Assembly: GCA_028723145.1 (NCBI GenBank)
Contig: JAQYFM010000119.1
Span: 1 to 40,129 of the forward strand
Origin: Spirochaetales bacterium
Lineage (GTDB): Bacteria; Spirochaetota; Spirochaetia; Sphaerochaetales; Sphaerochaetaceae
Direction: 5' to 3'
DNA: 40,129 bases
Under the pieces are notes generated by a model. The model was not told the origin of the DNA and searched no databases. It saw only the letters and a program-made list of their open reading frames with translations. The position numbers and the translations under genes were made by a program. This document shows positions 38,832-40,129 of this stretch, in pieces (position 1 is the stretch's first letter; every line of letters begins with the position of its first letter).

Positions 38832-39929
38832 GCCAAAGTCACTCTTTTGCTTTTCAGTTAAAGGTTTTGAGAGTGCCAATTTAGCGTTAACCATATTCTT
38901 TGATGTGCCGACGGCATAGTATGCTGAAAGTACATCACCATCAAGAACAAATACCTCTCTTGAAGTAGGAGTTTCAACTACGTGTCTAACACCATTTTCT
39001 GTAGCACTACCTAAGGAAACTGCCTCAAGGGAGGATATTTTTAATACAGCTGATGGAGATGCTGTTTTATAAGTCTTTCCAGGATTAAGTACACATCTAG
39101 CCATATCAAGAGCACTAGATACCATACAAGGTGTCTTACCTTCTACTTCAGCACAGTCTCCAATAGCATAAATATCATCATCATTTGTCTTTAATGTATT
39201 ATCAACAACGATACCTCTATTAATATTTAAGCCACAATCTTTTGCAAGTTGAACCTCTGGTTTAACACCAATTGAAGTAACGAGGATATCACACATTAGC
39301 TTTCTTCCATCTTGAAGTGTTATCTCAAGTCCATCTTCAACTGTTACATTTCCTGCTTGAGTTAATACATCAATACCCATCTCTGATAATCTTTTTGCAA
39401 GGTATTCGCCCTCTTCTTTTCCAAATTGTCTTGATAATACCCACTCAGAGCGATCAATTACACTTACACGGATTCCTGAAGCATCATGAATTTTAACGGC
39501 AGCCTCCAAACCTAAAAGTCCACCACCTAGAACTGCTACTGAATTAGCATTCTTTAACATAGACATTAATACTTCAACATCCTTAACAGTTCTAATTGCA
39601 ATAACTTTACTATTATTAATAGGTAGTTTATTTGCATTTGAACCCACTGCTAAAATTAGTTTGTCATAGTCAACTAAAGAATTATCATCAAGTACTACTT
39701 GGTGTTTATCTCTGTCAATTTTAATTGCTGCTTTATTAATTACATTTGCACTATCTGCTGCAATCTTAATATCTGCTAAACTTTTTCCCTCTAAGAGCTC
39801 AAGTATTCTAGCTCTATAGTATGGAGCTTCAATCTCCTTTGATATTATGGTCACATTGTGACCTTCTTTAATTAATCTTTTTGACGCAGTTGCAGCAGCA
39901 ACACTATAACCAATAATTACAATATTCAT
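38823..39929 (-). CDS. FAD-dependent NAD(P)H oxidoreductase (rubredoxin reductase/NirB-like)
   Basis: YDKLILAVGS, VLGGGLLGLEAA, GVKP...LA, GIVVD..L.T....IYAIGDCAE. Confidence 0.85.
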   Translation of the reverse strand: MNIVIIGYSVAAATASKRLIKEGHNVTIISKEIEAPYYRARILELLEGKSLADIKIAADSANVINKAAIKIDRDKHQVVLDDNSLVDYDKLILAVGSNANKLPINNSKVIAIRTVKDVEVLMSMLKNANSVAVLGGGLLGLEAAVKIHDASGIRVSVIDRSEWVLSRQFGKEEGEYLAKRLSEMGIDVLTQAGNVTVEDGLEITLQDGRKLMCDILVTSIGVKPEVQLAKDCGLNINRGIVVDNTLKTNDDDIYAIGDCAEVEGKTPCMVSSALDMARCVLNPGKTYKTASPSAVLKISSLEAVSLGSATENGVRHVVETPTSREVFVLDGDVLSAYYAVGTSKNMVNAKLALSKPLTEKQKSDFGLI

Positions 39930-39988
39930 TATTTCACCTCAAGAATAAGGATAATACACAAGAATAAAAAATAGAATAAATATTTAAT

Positions 39989-40025
39989 AAAAAAATGCCC
40001 TGTCAGCTTGCACCTCCGACAGGAC
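39989..40025 (-). terminator. Intrinsic terminator upstream of the oxidoreductase
   Basis: Minus strand GTCCTGTCGG-AGGTGCAAG-CTGACAGGGC followed by ATTTTTTT. Confidence 0.75.
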
Positions 40026-40087
40026 GTTCGTAAACACGAAAGTATTACAAGATGTTCAGGTGTAAAACAGGGGAAAACCCGAACATG
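39989..40087 (-). ncRNA. Candidate structured RNA (attenuator leader or sRNA), family not recognised
   Basis: Promoter TGGACA-17-TATAAA (40121-40093), three consecutive hairpins and a U tail; GC-richer than its surroundings. Confidence 0.5.
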
Positions 40088-40129
40088 CTTTATTTATAAC
40101 ATATGGCATAAGTTTTGTCCAGTGCTAAA

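Overview
AT-rich bacterial chromosomal window of mostly housekeeping genes. Gene content and order (prfB-hypothetical-ftsY-hypothetical-lolC/D/E-like, stand-alone DbpA RNA-binding protein) suggest an anaerobic spirochaete, possibly Sphaerochaetaceae-like (inference). It holds a ~15.6 kb minus-strand run (rnfCDGEAB, GH57-like protein, frameshifted prfB, ftsY, Lol-like ABC transporter) followed by rnz. It also has pcnB, tRNA-Cys, two tandem beta-barrel-like paralogs, a GH36 alpha-galactosidase, gpsA, rluA, a PHP phosphatase, mltG, dksA, metK, a thrH-DUF62-ECF transporter operon, a DMT transporter and a flavin oxidoreductase. No CRISPR array, integrase or transposase was seen. The standout is a 990-aa RnfD, about three times normal size. 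Its flavinylation loop is expanded into six ~100-aa repeats bounded by seven D-x-x-S-[SAGT]-A-T motifs, a candidate covalent multi-FMN extracytoplasmic chain built into the Rnf complex. Secondary signals: a ~100-nt structured RNA with terminator/antiterminator potential at the right edge, several apparently leaderless genes, and a SAM synthesis/hydrolysis/uptake cluster.
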